Source of the DNA: an uncultured bacterium
GTDB taxonomy: Bacteria > SAR324 > NAC60-12
Assembly (NCBI GenBank): GCA_965662235.1
Contig: CBFIGY010000010.1
Coordinates: 1-64,000, forward strand
DNA length: 64,000 nucleotides
Direction: 5' to 3'
Shown here: in pieces, positions 39,664 to 48,458 of the stretch
Layout of the letters: the number at the start of each line of letters is the position of its first letter
Numbering within the stretch: position 1 is the stretch's first letter
The notes under the pieces: generated by a model
Databases searched by the model: none
Told to the model about the DNA's origin: nothing
The model's input: the letters and a program-made list of their open reading frames with translations, nothing else
Program-made: the position numbers and the translations under genes

Positions 39664-40030
39664 CCCCTTTTGTGTGCTGAGCCGTCACAGATGAAAGCGA
39701 CTGAACGGGGCCCCGCCCCTTGGGGCTGAAGTCAAAATAGTATCAATTTTGGCTAAGTCAGGCATAGTCTCCTCCCCCACTCTCACGTATAACATCCTCC
39801 ACTCTTGCCAAACCACTTGGCAATGAGCTTCCAGGGAAGCCGACCGGGGCTTTTATTTCCTCGAAAGTCCGATGCTTTCTGGCTTCCTCTGACTTTGGAC
39901 TCCCTTGGTGTTCCGGGAGCGTGCGCGGATTCCGTCCCACTCCCGGAACAGTACCTCTGGCCGAGCGACCTCTTTTTGTGCGTCGTTTGACCTCTTCAGG
40001 CGTCCAGCCCTCATCCGTCACCAGGCACTT

Positions 40031-40930
40031 ATGACGAACACCACGCAGGATCGGGGAGCGTTTCACGGGATCTACATTCCCATGATCACTCCTTTTCTCA
40101 GGCAGGACGAATCCTTGGATTTGGCTGCAACGGAGGCTCTGATTGAATTCTTGATTGCCCATAACGTTCATGGCCTTTACGTGGGGGGGAGCACGGGGGA
40201 GGCGTTCGCGCAGTCGACAGACGAGCGAGCGACCTTCCTCCGTCATGTTGCCTCTGTGGCCAAGGGGCGGCTCCGGCTGGTGGCGCATGTGGGCAGCCTG
40301 GCCACAAGAGATGCCCTGCACCTTGCAGAGGTGGCGGCTGCCAGCGGGTATGAGGCTACCTCGTCGGTGCCTCCGTACTACTACGCCTTTTCCCGGGAAG
40401 AGGTGCTGGGCTACTACGAGGAGTTGGCTTCGGCCACCTCGCTTCCGCTGCTCATTTACAACATTCCCGGAAATGCGCGGTTTCGCTTTTCGCTTGAGGA
40501 CCTGAGCCGCTTGCTGCAGCACCCGTCCATCGTTGGGGTCAAACACACCGAGACGGACTTCTTCATCATCGAGCGCCTCAAGGCGCGGCATCCTGAGGCC
40601 ATTGTGTTCAATGGTCCGGATGAGATGCTCATTGCCGGACTGACGATGGGGTGCGATGGCGGAATCGGAAGCACCTATAACGTCATTCCAGAGACCTACG
40701 TCCGCCTCTATGAAAGCTTCCGTCGCGGCGACTGGCACCGAGCAATTGTGCTCCAACAAGAAGCCAATGCGCTCACGGAGCTTCTGCTGCAGGTGGGCCT
40801 GTACAATGGCCTCCGGCACCTGCTCCGGCGACGAGGCGTGGACACCGGCGTCAGTCGACGTCCCTTTGCGCCGTTGACGGCAGAGGGAGCAGCGAAGCTG
40901 GATTCCTTTTATGAACAGCACCTTTCATGA
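40031..40930 (+). CDS. nanA: N-acetylneuraminate lyase
   Basis: GLYVGGSTGEAF.QS..ER, AHVGS, SSVPPYYY.FS, IYNIP, GVKHT (Schiff-base Lys), NGPDEM and GGIGSTYN. These motifs are NanA-type rather than DapA-type. Confidence 0.85.
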   Translation: MTNTTQDRGAFHGIYIPMITPFLRQDESLDLAATEALIEFLIAHNVHGLYVGGSTGEAFAQSTDERATFLRHVASVAKGRLRLVAHVGSLATRDALHLAEVAAASGYEATSSVPPYYYAFSREEVLGYYEELASATSLPLLIYNIPGNARFRFSLEDLSRLLQHPSIVGVKHTETDFFIIERLKARHPEAIVFNGPDEMLIAGLTMGCDGGIGSTYNVIPETYVRLYESFRRGDWHRAIVLQQEANALTELLLQVGLYNGLRHLLRRRGVDTGVSRRPFAPLTAEGAAKLDSFYEQHLS

Positions 40931-40958
40931 GCCAGGCGGATTCGCCAATGGCGCCTTA

Positions 40959-40987
40959 GACCCGGTGCTGGGCACTGGGTCGGTTTT
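40959..40987 (+). terminator. Stem-loop between nanA and the SBP gene
   Basis: GACCCGGTGC-TGG-GCACTGGGTC (10-bp stem, one G-U) followed by GGTTTT. Confidence 0.5.
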
Positions 40988-41114
40988 GTCAATCCTTGAA
41001 CCCTGAGGAGGAATTATGAAGCTCCCATTGCTTAACCGCATTGGAAACAGCGGGCTAAGCTTGGCACAGGTAATCCCGAATCTCACTCATCTCTTCACCC
41101 CTACGGAGAAACCC

Positions 41115-42731
41115 ATGAAGGCCTTCAAAGTCCTCGCACTTGCGTCGCTGCTGGTGTTCCAGTCCGTATCGCTCTGGGCCGCCAGCCCCAACAGCAACCA
41201 GCTTTCAGATGTCCGTGTGCGTCAGGCGATTGCCTACGCCATCGACATGGACACCATCGTGGAGACCCTCTTTGAGGGCATGGCCATTGCGGCAGACAGC
41301 TCCATCCCCAACGGCTCCTTCAAGGCTCCGGGACTGCCCCGTTACACGTATGATCCGGACAAGGCCCGTCAGCTGCTCAAGGAAGCCAACTGGGACTCCA
41401 GCCGGGTGCTGGACGTGGTGTATTACTATGGTGACCAGACGACGGCTGACCTGATGGCAGCAATCCAGGCCTACCTGGCAGATGTGGGCGTCCAGATGAC
41501 CTTCCGCAAGCTGGAAGGCGACGTGGGTGCTCAGCTGCGGACGCTTCCGGAAGACCCGGTCAATGGCCCTGCGGCAATCACGTGGGACCTGGGCTACGGA
41601 GCCAAGGCGGCGTTGGCCCTGCAGGAGTACTACAACAATTATGAGACCGGCAAGAACGCCAACACTCCCGGATCGCCTGAGCTGGACCAGCTGGTGGCTG
41701 CCATCAACAGCACCGCAGATGTGGAGAAGCAGCGAGCGGCCTTCTTTGCCATTGAGCGGTATGAGATGGAAAACCTCTTTGTGCTGCCCCTGTACTACCA
41801 GCAGATGTTCATCTATGAGAGCAAGCGGCTCAACCGCAACGGTGGACTCTACGGAAACGCTCAGTACAACTACGACTGGAACATCGTGGACTGGACCGTC
41901 ACCCCAGATGCCAATGGCAAGCAGGTGCTGCGGACCAATACCGGCCCCGTCGAGTTCTTTGAGCACTCCTGGTTCAACCCGGGACTGTACATCTACACGA
42001 AGGTGCTCTTTGACCGCCTGATCACGGCCGACGGCTCTTTGGCACCGTCGAATCCGCAGATGGCGAAGTACTACAACCTGAGTGACGATGGCAAGACCCT
42101 GACCGTACAGCTCATGGACGGCCTCACCTGGCACGACGGCACTCCGATCACCGCTGAGGAGATCAAGTGGAACGTTGAGTTTGCCAGCAAGGTTCCGGTG
42201 ATTCACCCCATCTTCAAGCAGACCTTCTCTTCCTTGAAGGGCGCTCAGGCCTTCACCGACGGTGCGGCCTCGGAGATTGCCGGCATCACCACCCAAGGCA
42301 ACACCCTCACCTTCAGCTTTGAGACGCTGGACCCGAACGTGCTGCTGACGTTCTCGCAGTGGGCGCCGCTGCCCCGCAAGCACATCGGCAACGCGGATCC
42401 GCTGAAGTTCCAGCAGCACCCCTTCTGGCAGAATCCGATTGGCTCCGGTCCGTTCCGGGTCAAGGAAGTGCAGATGAACGACTACCTCGTGATGGTGCCG
42501 TTTGAGGGCTACCACGGAGGACGGGCCAAGCTGGATGAGATTGTGGCGTACCCCAGTGGCGACAACGATCCGAATGTGGTCAAGAACGCTGCTGCTGGTC
42601 AGCTCGACTACGGGTTCACCAAGAACGTCTCAGACGTCCAGTCGCTTCAGGCCATGGACCACATGCGGGTGACCCCAGTGGACATTCCGTATACCCGTGT
42701 GCTTTGGATCAACAAATTCCCGAAGCAATAG
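41115..42731 (+). CDS. ABC transporter solute-binding protein, family 5 (OppA/DppA-like), apparently circularly permuted
   Basis: Signal peptide MKAFKVLALASLLVFQSVSLWA. Family-5 motifs DVRVRQAIAYAID, YDPDKARQLLKEA, SDDGKT...WHDGTPITAE and PIGSGPF are all present but in non-canonical order. Alternative in-frame start at 41016. Confidence 0.88.
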   Translation: MKAFKVLALASLLVFQSVSLWAASPNSNQLSDVRVRQAIAYAIDMDTIVETLFEGMAIAADSSIPNGSFKAPGLPRYTYDPDKARQLLKEANWDSSRVLDVVYYYGDQTTADLMAAIQAYLADVGVQMTFRKLEGDVGAQLRTLPEDPVNGPAAITWDLGYGAKAALALQEYYNNYETGKNANTPGSPELDQLVAAINSTADVEKQRAAFFAIERYEMENLFVLPLYYQQMFIYESKRLNRNGGLYGNAQYNYDWNIVDWTVTPDANGKQVLRTNTGPVEFFEHSWFNPGLYIYTKVLFDRLITADGSLAPSNPQMAKYYNLSDDGKTLTVQLMDGLTWHDGTPITAEEIKWNVEFASKVPVIHPIFKQTFSSLKGAQAFTDGAASEIAGITTQGNTLTFSFETLDPNVLLTFSQWAPLPRKHIGNADPLKFQQHPFWQNPIGSGPFRVKEVQMNDYLVMVPFEGYHGGRAKLDEIVAYPSGDNDPNVVKNAAAGQLDYGFTKNVSDVQSLQAMDHMRVTPVDIPYTRVLWINKFPKQ

Positions 42732-42814
42732 AGTAACCTGAAGGCTTCCTCCTCTCCTCCTGCTCTCTCCGGAAAGGGGAGGCGGAGGCCTCTTCCCTGT
42801 TGTTGCGCTGGAGA

Positions 42815-43774
42815 ATGTACGCTTACTTTGTCAGACGGCTGCTGTTTCTGATCCCAATGCTGCTGGTCATCAGCTTCTTCATCTACTTGGGAATGGAGCT
42901 GACGCCGGGAGACATTGTCTCCTACATGATCAGTCCGGAGCTGATCGCAGAGATCAGTCCAGAGGAGCTGGCCGCGATGCGTCAGGCCCTGGGGCTGGAT
43001 GCACCGTTCATGATCCGGTACCTGCACTGGCTAGGAGGCGTTCTGCAGGGCGATTTTGGCTACAGCCTAGCCAGTGGCGTTCCGATCAAGGACATTGTGT
43101 TTGATCGCCTTCCTGCGACCCTAGAGCTTTCAGCGGTTGCCCTTCTGTTTTCCACCCTGTTCGGCTGCATTCTGGGAACACTCAGTGCCCTCAACCGGGG
43201 CTCTGCAAGCGACAATGCCCTGACCGTGTTCGGCATGCTGGGGGTGTCCATTCCTGAATTCATCTTTGGGCTGTCGGCAATTGTCTTGTTTGCGCTGGAA
43301 CTGAACTGGCTTCCCGTGGGCGGACGCCTGATGCCCGGTTACGAGACCTTCTGGGACCGTCTTCCGCACCTAGTGCTACCGGCGCTGGTGCTTTCCTTGA
43401 CCATGACCGCTGGGGTGATGCGGTACTCGCGTTCCAGCATGCTGGATGCAATGAACCGAGAGTTCATCAAGACCGCCCGGAGCAAGGGCCTTCCGGAGTG
43501 GCGGGTCAACTTTCTGCACGGCTTTCGGGTGGCTCTGACGCCAGTGGTGGTGCTGATCGGTTTTCGGCTGCCGTTGCTGATCGGGGGCACCGTGATTGTC
43601 GAGCAGGTGTTTCAGTGGCCTGGAGTTGGGGAACAGTTTGTCATTGCCGTTCGGGCGCAGAACTACCCTCTGATCATGATGATCGCGTTTTTGTCGGTCA
43701 CCGCAGTGCTGCTGGCGAGCTTCCTCATCGACCTGCTGACTGCCCTGCTCGATCCTCGTGTCCAGCTGGAGTAG
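42815..43774 (+). CDS. ABC permease (DppB/OppB-like)
   Basis: GDFGYSL, RLPATLEL, TARSKGL, VFQWPGVG and LDPRV. Confidence 0.93.
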   Translation: MYAYFVRRLLFLIPMLLVISFFIYLGMELTPGDIVSYMISPELIAEISPEELAAMRQALGLDAPFMIRYLHWLGGVLQGDFGYSLASGVPIKDIVFDRLPATLELSAVALLFSTLFGCILGTLSALNRGSASDNALTVFGMLGVSIPEFIFGLSAIVLFALELNWLPVGGRLMPGYETFWDRLPHLVLPALVLSLTMTAGVMRYSRSSMLDAMNREFIKTARSKGLPEWRVNFLHGFRVALTPVVVLIGFRLPLLIGGTVIVEQVFQWPGVGEQFVIAVRAQNYPLIMMIAFLSVTAVLLASFLIDLLTALLDPRVQLE

Positions 43775-43778
43775 CTCC

Positions 43779-44711
43779 ATGAATGCCAACGTGCCCCCTT
43801 CCAAGACACGGCTGGATCGGCAGTTTGACCGCATCCGGGAACGTGAAGAGCAGGGAACCTTTCGTCCAGGCGTGCAGAACCGGGTTCTGCGCAAGCTGCT
43901 GTCCAACAAGCTGGCTCTGGTAGGAGGGTGCTTTGTGCTCCTGACCCTGTTCTCTTCCCTCTTTGCCCCTCTGCTGACTCGGCATGACCCCCTCAAGGTG
44001 GACCTGCGTGCTCGGCTCCAGCCTCCTTCCGTGGAGCACGTTCTGGGAACGGACAAGATTGGTCGGGACATTTTTTCCCGCCTCATTCACGGGGGGCGGA
44101 TTTCCATTTTGGTGGGGCTTGGAAGTGCCTTGGGCGCCGCGTTTATCGGAGTCTCCATTGGCGTCTATGCTGGGTATCGGGGCAACTGGCTCGATGGCCT
44201 CTTCTTGCGACTTTCCGAAATCGTCACGGCCTTTCCGCAGATCATCCTAGTGCTGATCCTGGTTTCAATTGTGGGACAGGGGTTGGAGAACCTGATTGTC
44301 ATCTTTGTCCTCACAGGGTGGGGACCGATGTACCGGATGATGCGCGCTCAGGTGCTGTCCTTGCGCGAGGAGGAGTACGTCCAGGCCCTGCAGGCGTTCG
44401 GACTGGGCAACGCGACCATCTGCTACAAGCACATCCTCCCCAATGCGCTGGGGCCCATCATGGTCAACATCACTCTGACAACTGCCATGTTCATTCTGCA
44501 AGAAGCCGGGTTGAGCTTCTTGGGGCTGGGGGTGCCGTTGCAGATTCCAACCTGGGGAAACCTGCTCAATGTGGCGCAGGACCTCCGTATTTTGCAGAAC
44601 TACTGGTGGGTGTGGCTCCCGTCTGCAGTGATGATCTCCCTGTTTGTCCTGGCCATCAATTTTGTGGGAGACGGCCTCCGGGACTCCACTGATCCGAGCT
44701 TGCAGGGGTAG
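43779..44711 (+). CDS. ABC permease (DppC/OppC-like)
   Basis: HVLGTDKIGRDIFSR, HILPN, EAGLSFLGLG and GDGLRD..DP. Confidence 0.93.
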   Translation: MNANVPPSKTRLDRQFDRIREREEQGTFRPGVQNRVLRKLLSNKLALVGGCFVLLTLFSSLFAPLLTRHDPLKVDLRARLQPPSVEHVLGTDKIGRDIFSRLIHGGRISILVGLGSALGAAFIGVSIGVYAGYRGNWLDGLFLRLSEIVTAFPQIILVLILVSIVGQGLENLIVIFVLTGWGPMYRMMRAQVLSLREEEYVQALQAFGLGNATICYKHILPNALGPIMVNITLTTAMFILQEAGLSFLGLGVPLQIPTWGNLLNVAQDLRILQNYWWVWLPSAVMISLFVLAINFVGDGLRDSTDPSLQG

Positions 44712-44717
44712 GAAAAC

Positions 44718-45725
44718 GTGATGTCGCAGGAAACCATTCTCAGTGTCCGGAACCTGAAGACCTACTTCTACACGAACAACCGCTGCAACAAGGCGGTGAA
44801 CGGGGTTTCGTTTGAGGTCAAGAAGGGCAAAACGCTCTGCATCGTCGGGGAAAGTGGCTGTGGCAAAAGCGTCACTGCCGCGACCATCATGCAACTGCTG
44901 CCCAAGCTCTCACGGATTGAAGAGGGGGAAATCATCTACCACAGCGAGTCCGGAGACCTTCGCCTAGACCAGCTGGAGCGCAACGGCAAGCAGATGCGCG
45001 CGCTCCGGGGGGCGGACCTGGCCATGATCTTTCAGGACCCGATGACCGCCTTCAATCCGGTTTACACCATCGGTTGGCAGATTGGAGAAAACCTGAAGTA
45101 CCACACGGACCTGCGCGCGCAGGAGGTTCGCCAGCGGACGGTGGAGTTGCTCCGCGAGATGGGCATTCCGCTTCCGGAACAGCGGGCGTCTGAGTACCCT
45201 CACCAGTTCTCCGGGGGCATGCGGCAACGGGCGATGATTGCCATGGCGATGGCCTGCAATCCCAAGTTGCTGATTGCCGACGAACCCACCACGGCTCTGG
45301 ACGTGACCATTCAGGCGCAGATCTTTGACCTGATGGCACAGCTCAAGGCAGAGCACAACACCGCCATCATGCTGATCACACACGATATGGGCGTGGTGGC
45401 TGAACTGGCAGATGAGGTAGCCGTTATGTACATGGGGCACATCGTGGAGAGTGGAACCGTGGAGGACGTGCTCCGGACTCCGGCCCACCCCTACACCAAG
45501 GCCCTGCTCAACTCGATTCCGGTGCTGGGACGGGGGAAGCAGCAGGACATTGAACCCATCCGAGGGGCGACCCCGGATCCTTACAATCGCCCGCCCGGGT
45601 GCCAGTTTCAGCCCCGGTGCGACTTTGCCAGCGACCGCTGTGGCGTGATGCCAGACGAGCGCTCCCTCAGCCCAACCCATGCCGTCCGCTGCTGGCACTC
45701 TGAGCAGGTCCTTCGTCATGTCTGA
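44718..45725 (+). CDS. ABC ATP-binding subunit (DppD/OppD-like)
   Basis: [34 protein letters not shown] and a C-terminal Cys motif. Confidence 0.94.
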   Translation: MMSQETILSVRNLKTYFYTNNRCNKAVNGVSFEVKKGKTLCIVGESGCGKSVTAATIMQLLPKLSRIEEGEIIYHSESGDLRLDQLERNGKQMRALRGADLAMIFQDPMTAFNPVYTIGWQIGENLKYHTDLRAQEVRQRTVELLREMGIPLPEQRASEYPHQFSGGMRQRAMIAMAMACNPKLLIADEPTTALDVTIQAQIFDLMAQLKAEHNTAIMLITHDMGVVAELADEVAVMYMGHIVESGTVEDVLRTPAHPYTKALLNSIPVLGRGKQQDIEPIRGATPDPYNRPPGCQFQPRCDFASDRCGVMPDERSLSPTHAVRCWHSEQVLRHV

Positions 45726-46767
45726 GTCCTCCGTCATCCTCCAATTAAAGGGCGTAAAGACGCACTTTCCGGTCCGGAAGGGAGTCTTCAAACGGGTGGT
45801 GGGCCACGTCAAGGCGGTGGATGGCGTGGACCTGGAGGTGTACCGCGGCGAGACGCTGGGGCTGGTGGGAGAAAGCGGTTGCGGCAAGACCACCTTGGGA
45901 AAGTCCATCCTGCAACTCGTCCATGCCACAGAAGGAGAGATCCTTTACCACGATCAGGAGCGCACGCACAACCTCCGTCAGTTGAACAAGGAAGAGCTGA
46001 AGTCCATCCGGAAGAAGCTGCAGATCGTCTTTCAGGATCCTCATTCGTCGCTCAACCCGGCACTGACGGTGTTCGATTCCCTGCAGGATCCGCTCAAGGC
46101 CTATGGCGTCCGGTCCCGGGCAGAGCGGCGCCAGATCATTGGAGACCTGCTGGAGGCGGTCAACATGCGCCGCGAGCAGATGGACAATTACCCGCACGAA
46201 TTTTCCGGAGGCCAGCGGCAGCGCATTGGCATTGCCCGGGCGCTGTGCATTGGGCCGGAGCTGATCGTCTGCGATGAAGCGGTCAGTGCGCTGGATGTGT
46301 CCATTCAGGCGCAGGTGCTGAAGCTCCTCAAGCAGCTCAAGGACGAACGGAACCTGACGTACCTGTTCATCACCCATGACCTGAGCGTGGTCGAGTACAT
46401 CAGTGACCGGGTGGCGGTGATGTACCTTGGGAAAATTGTGGAGCTGGCCAACAGCGAGGAGCTGTATGCCAACGCACTGCATCCGTACACGCAGGCGCTG
46501 CTCTCTGCGATTCCGGTAGCCGACCTGGACCGGAAGTCCCACCGGACGCCGCTGGAAGGCGATGTTCCGAGTCCGGTGGATCCTCCATCTGGGTGCCCGT
46601 TCCACCCTCGCTGTCCTCAGCGTCAGGAAAATTGCCAGACCATGGTTCCGCCGCTGAAGAAGTACCGGATCAATGGCAAGGACCACTTTGCCGCCTGTCA
46701 CTACGCTGAAACCTTTGCGCGCGCTCCCCTTGAGGAAGCGCCGGCACCGCGCTCCGGAACACCGTGA
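45718..46767 (+). CDS. ABC ATP-binding subunit (DppF/OppF-like)
   Basis: GESGCGKTT, FSGGQRQR, CDEAVSALD, HPYT and GCPFHPRC. Confidence 0.94.
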   Translation: MSESSVILQLKGVKTHFPVRKGVFKRVVGHVKAVDGVDLEVYRGETLGLVGESGCGKTTLGKSILQLVHATEGEILYHDQERTHNLRQLNKEELKSIRKKLQIVFQDPHSSLNPALTVFDSLQDPLKAYGVRSRAERRQIIGDLLEAVNMRREQMDNYPHEFSGGQRQRIGIARALCIGPELIVCDEAVSALDVSIQAQVLKLLKQLKDERNLTYLFITHDLSVVEYISDRVAVMYLGKIVELANSEELYANALHPYTQALLSAIPVADLDRKSHRTPLEGDVPSPVDPPSGCPFHPRCPQRQENCQTMVPPLKKYRINGKDHFAACHYAETFARAPLEEAPAPRSGTP

Positions 46768-48002
46768 GCCACTTGGCCTCCCCTTCTTCCGAGACTCCCA
46801 TGTCCCTCAGTCCCCAGTTGTTGAGTGCCTCAGGCAGAGATGCCCTGAAGCAGCTCTACCGAGACGGCTTGCTGCACGATACCCTGCCCTTTTGGCTGAA
46901 GCACAGCGTTGACCGTGAATTCGGAGGCTTCACCATCTGCCTGGGCCAGGACGGAACCGTCATTGACACCGACAAGGGAATCTGGACGCAGGGACGATTC
47001 ACGTGGTTGCTGGCGACGCTTTATGCCGAGGTGGAGCCCAACCCCGAGTGGCTGGCCTTGGCCAAGCACGGCATCGACTTCCTCCGACGTTACGGCTTTG
47101 ACGACGATGGACGGATGTTCTTTTCGGTCACGCAGGAGGGGCGGCCTCTGCGGAAGCGCCGTTACGTGTTTTCAGAAGCCTTTGCTGTTGCCGCATTGGC
47201 CGCGTATGCCCGTGCGTCCGGAGAGGCGCAGGCAAAGGAAGAAGCCCTGGCGGTGTTCCGGCTCATGCAGCGGTGCCTTTCGGAACCGGGGCTGCTGCCA
47301 CCAAAAATGATTCCGGGAACGCGGGACACCAAGGGACTGGCGGTGCCGATGATTCAAATCGTCACGGCTCAGATCCTCCGTGAGGTCCTCGATGATCCGG
47401 AAGAGTGCAACCAGGTCATCGACCGCGCCATTGCCGAAATTCGGCAGGACTTCATGAAGCCGGAGTTCAAGGCGGTGCTGGAGACGGTTTCCACCTCCGG
47501 CGCCTTCTTGGATCACTTTGAGGGACGGATGCTGTGTCCGGGACACGCAATTGAAGCCGCGTGGTTCATCCTCAAGGAATCGGCCTACCGCAACGGCGAT
47601 GCGGCGTTGCAGGAGCTGGGACTGACGATTCTCGACTGGATGCTCGAGTGGGGCTGGGATCAGGAATACGGAGGGGTGCTCTACTACCGCGACGTCAAGG
47701 GGTTGCCGGTGCAGGAGTACTGGCAGGACATGAAGTTCTGGTGGCCACACAACGAGGCGATCATTGCCACCCTGCTCGCCTACACGCTGACCCAGGATGA
47801 AAAGTATGCCTGGTGGCACAAACTGGTCCACGACTGGGCCTATGCGCACTTTCCGGATCGGGAGCACGGCGAGTGGTTTGGCTACCTGCACCGTGATGGA
47901 CGCCTCTCTGTGCCGCTCAAGGGGAACTTCTGGAAGGGGCCCTTTCACCTGCCCCGGATGCAGCTGGAGTGCTGGAAGAACCTAGAGGCCTTTACCCGAT
48001 GA
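46764..48002 (+). CDS. N-acylglucosamine 2-epimerase (AGE family)
   Basis: D.EFGGF..CL..DG, K..W.QGR, PGHAIEAAWF, KFWWPHNEA, GEWFGYL.RDG and KGPFHLPR. Confidence 0.9.
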   Translation: MSHLASPSSETPMSLSPQLLSASGRDALKQLYRDGLLHDTLPFWLKHSVDREFGGFTICLGQDGTVIDTDKGIWTQGRFTWLLATLYAEVEPNPEWLALAKHGIDFLRRYGFDDDGRMFFSVTQEGRPLRKRRYVFSEAFAVAALAAYARASGEAQAKEEALAVFRLMQRCLSEPGLLPPKMIPGTRDTKGLAVPMIQIVTAQILREVLDDPEECNQVIDRAIAEIRQDFMKPEFKAVLETVSTSGAFLDHFEGRMLCPGHAIEAAWFILKESAYRNGDAALQELGLTILDWMLEWGWDQEYGGVLYYRDVKGLPVQEYWQDMKFWWPHNEAIIATLLAYTLTQDEKYAWWHKLVHDWAYAHFPDREHGEWFGYLHRDGRLSVPLKGNFWKGPFHLPRMQLECWKNLEAFTR

Positions 48003-48038
48003 CCGAGCCGCAGGGCGTGGCGGGTCAAGTCGCTTGAC

Positions 48039-48458
48039 CTAACGGGCGATCCGGCGGATGCCGGCCTGGCACCCGAGCTTGAGGAAAGGGGTGTTGCGCG
48101 GGTCCTGCGGGTCGAGGTACAGGCCCTGAGCGCTGGGGTGCTGTTCAAAGTTGTCCACATCGCTGTCCTGCCAGTTGCAGAGCACCTCCGCGCTCCGGAC
48201 CACTTCTCGACGGGTGCAGCGCAGCGTCTTCCCAGCGATCATCATCCACCCAGTGGAGTCCTGCCAGCTGTTTTCAATGACACAGGCCCATCCCTGTCCC
48301 TCAAAAACGGGCCCGTCTTCCACAATCCGGAGGACCTCTTTGGGGCCGTAAACGCCCTCACGGTAGAACTCAAGCTGCCACTCGAAGTAGCTTTGGGCCT
48401 GCACCGGCAGCCCCAGCAGCAGCCCCACTCCGAGCAAGCCCCCTTGCAGTGCCTTCAT
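48039..48458 (-). CDS. Exported hypothetical protein (4 Cys)
   Basis: Signal peptide (VQA-QS); ATGA overlap with the upstream kinase gene. Confidence 0.65.
   Translation of the reverse strand: MKALQGGLLGVGLLLGLPVQAQSYFEWQLEFYREGVYGPKEVLRIVEDGPVFEGQGWACVIENSWQDSTGWMMIAGKTLRCTRREVVRSAEVLCNWQDSDVDNFEQHPSAQGLYLDPQDPRNTPFLKLGCQAGIRRIAR

Noticed and set aside
39905..40030. N-terminal extensions in the ORF track (nanA, also tal, the VWA gene, the UbiB-like kinase, prmC, icd)
   Set aside because: Family homology and RBS positions begin at downstream start codons, so the extensions look like longest-ORF artefacts.
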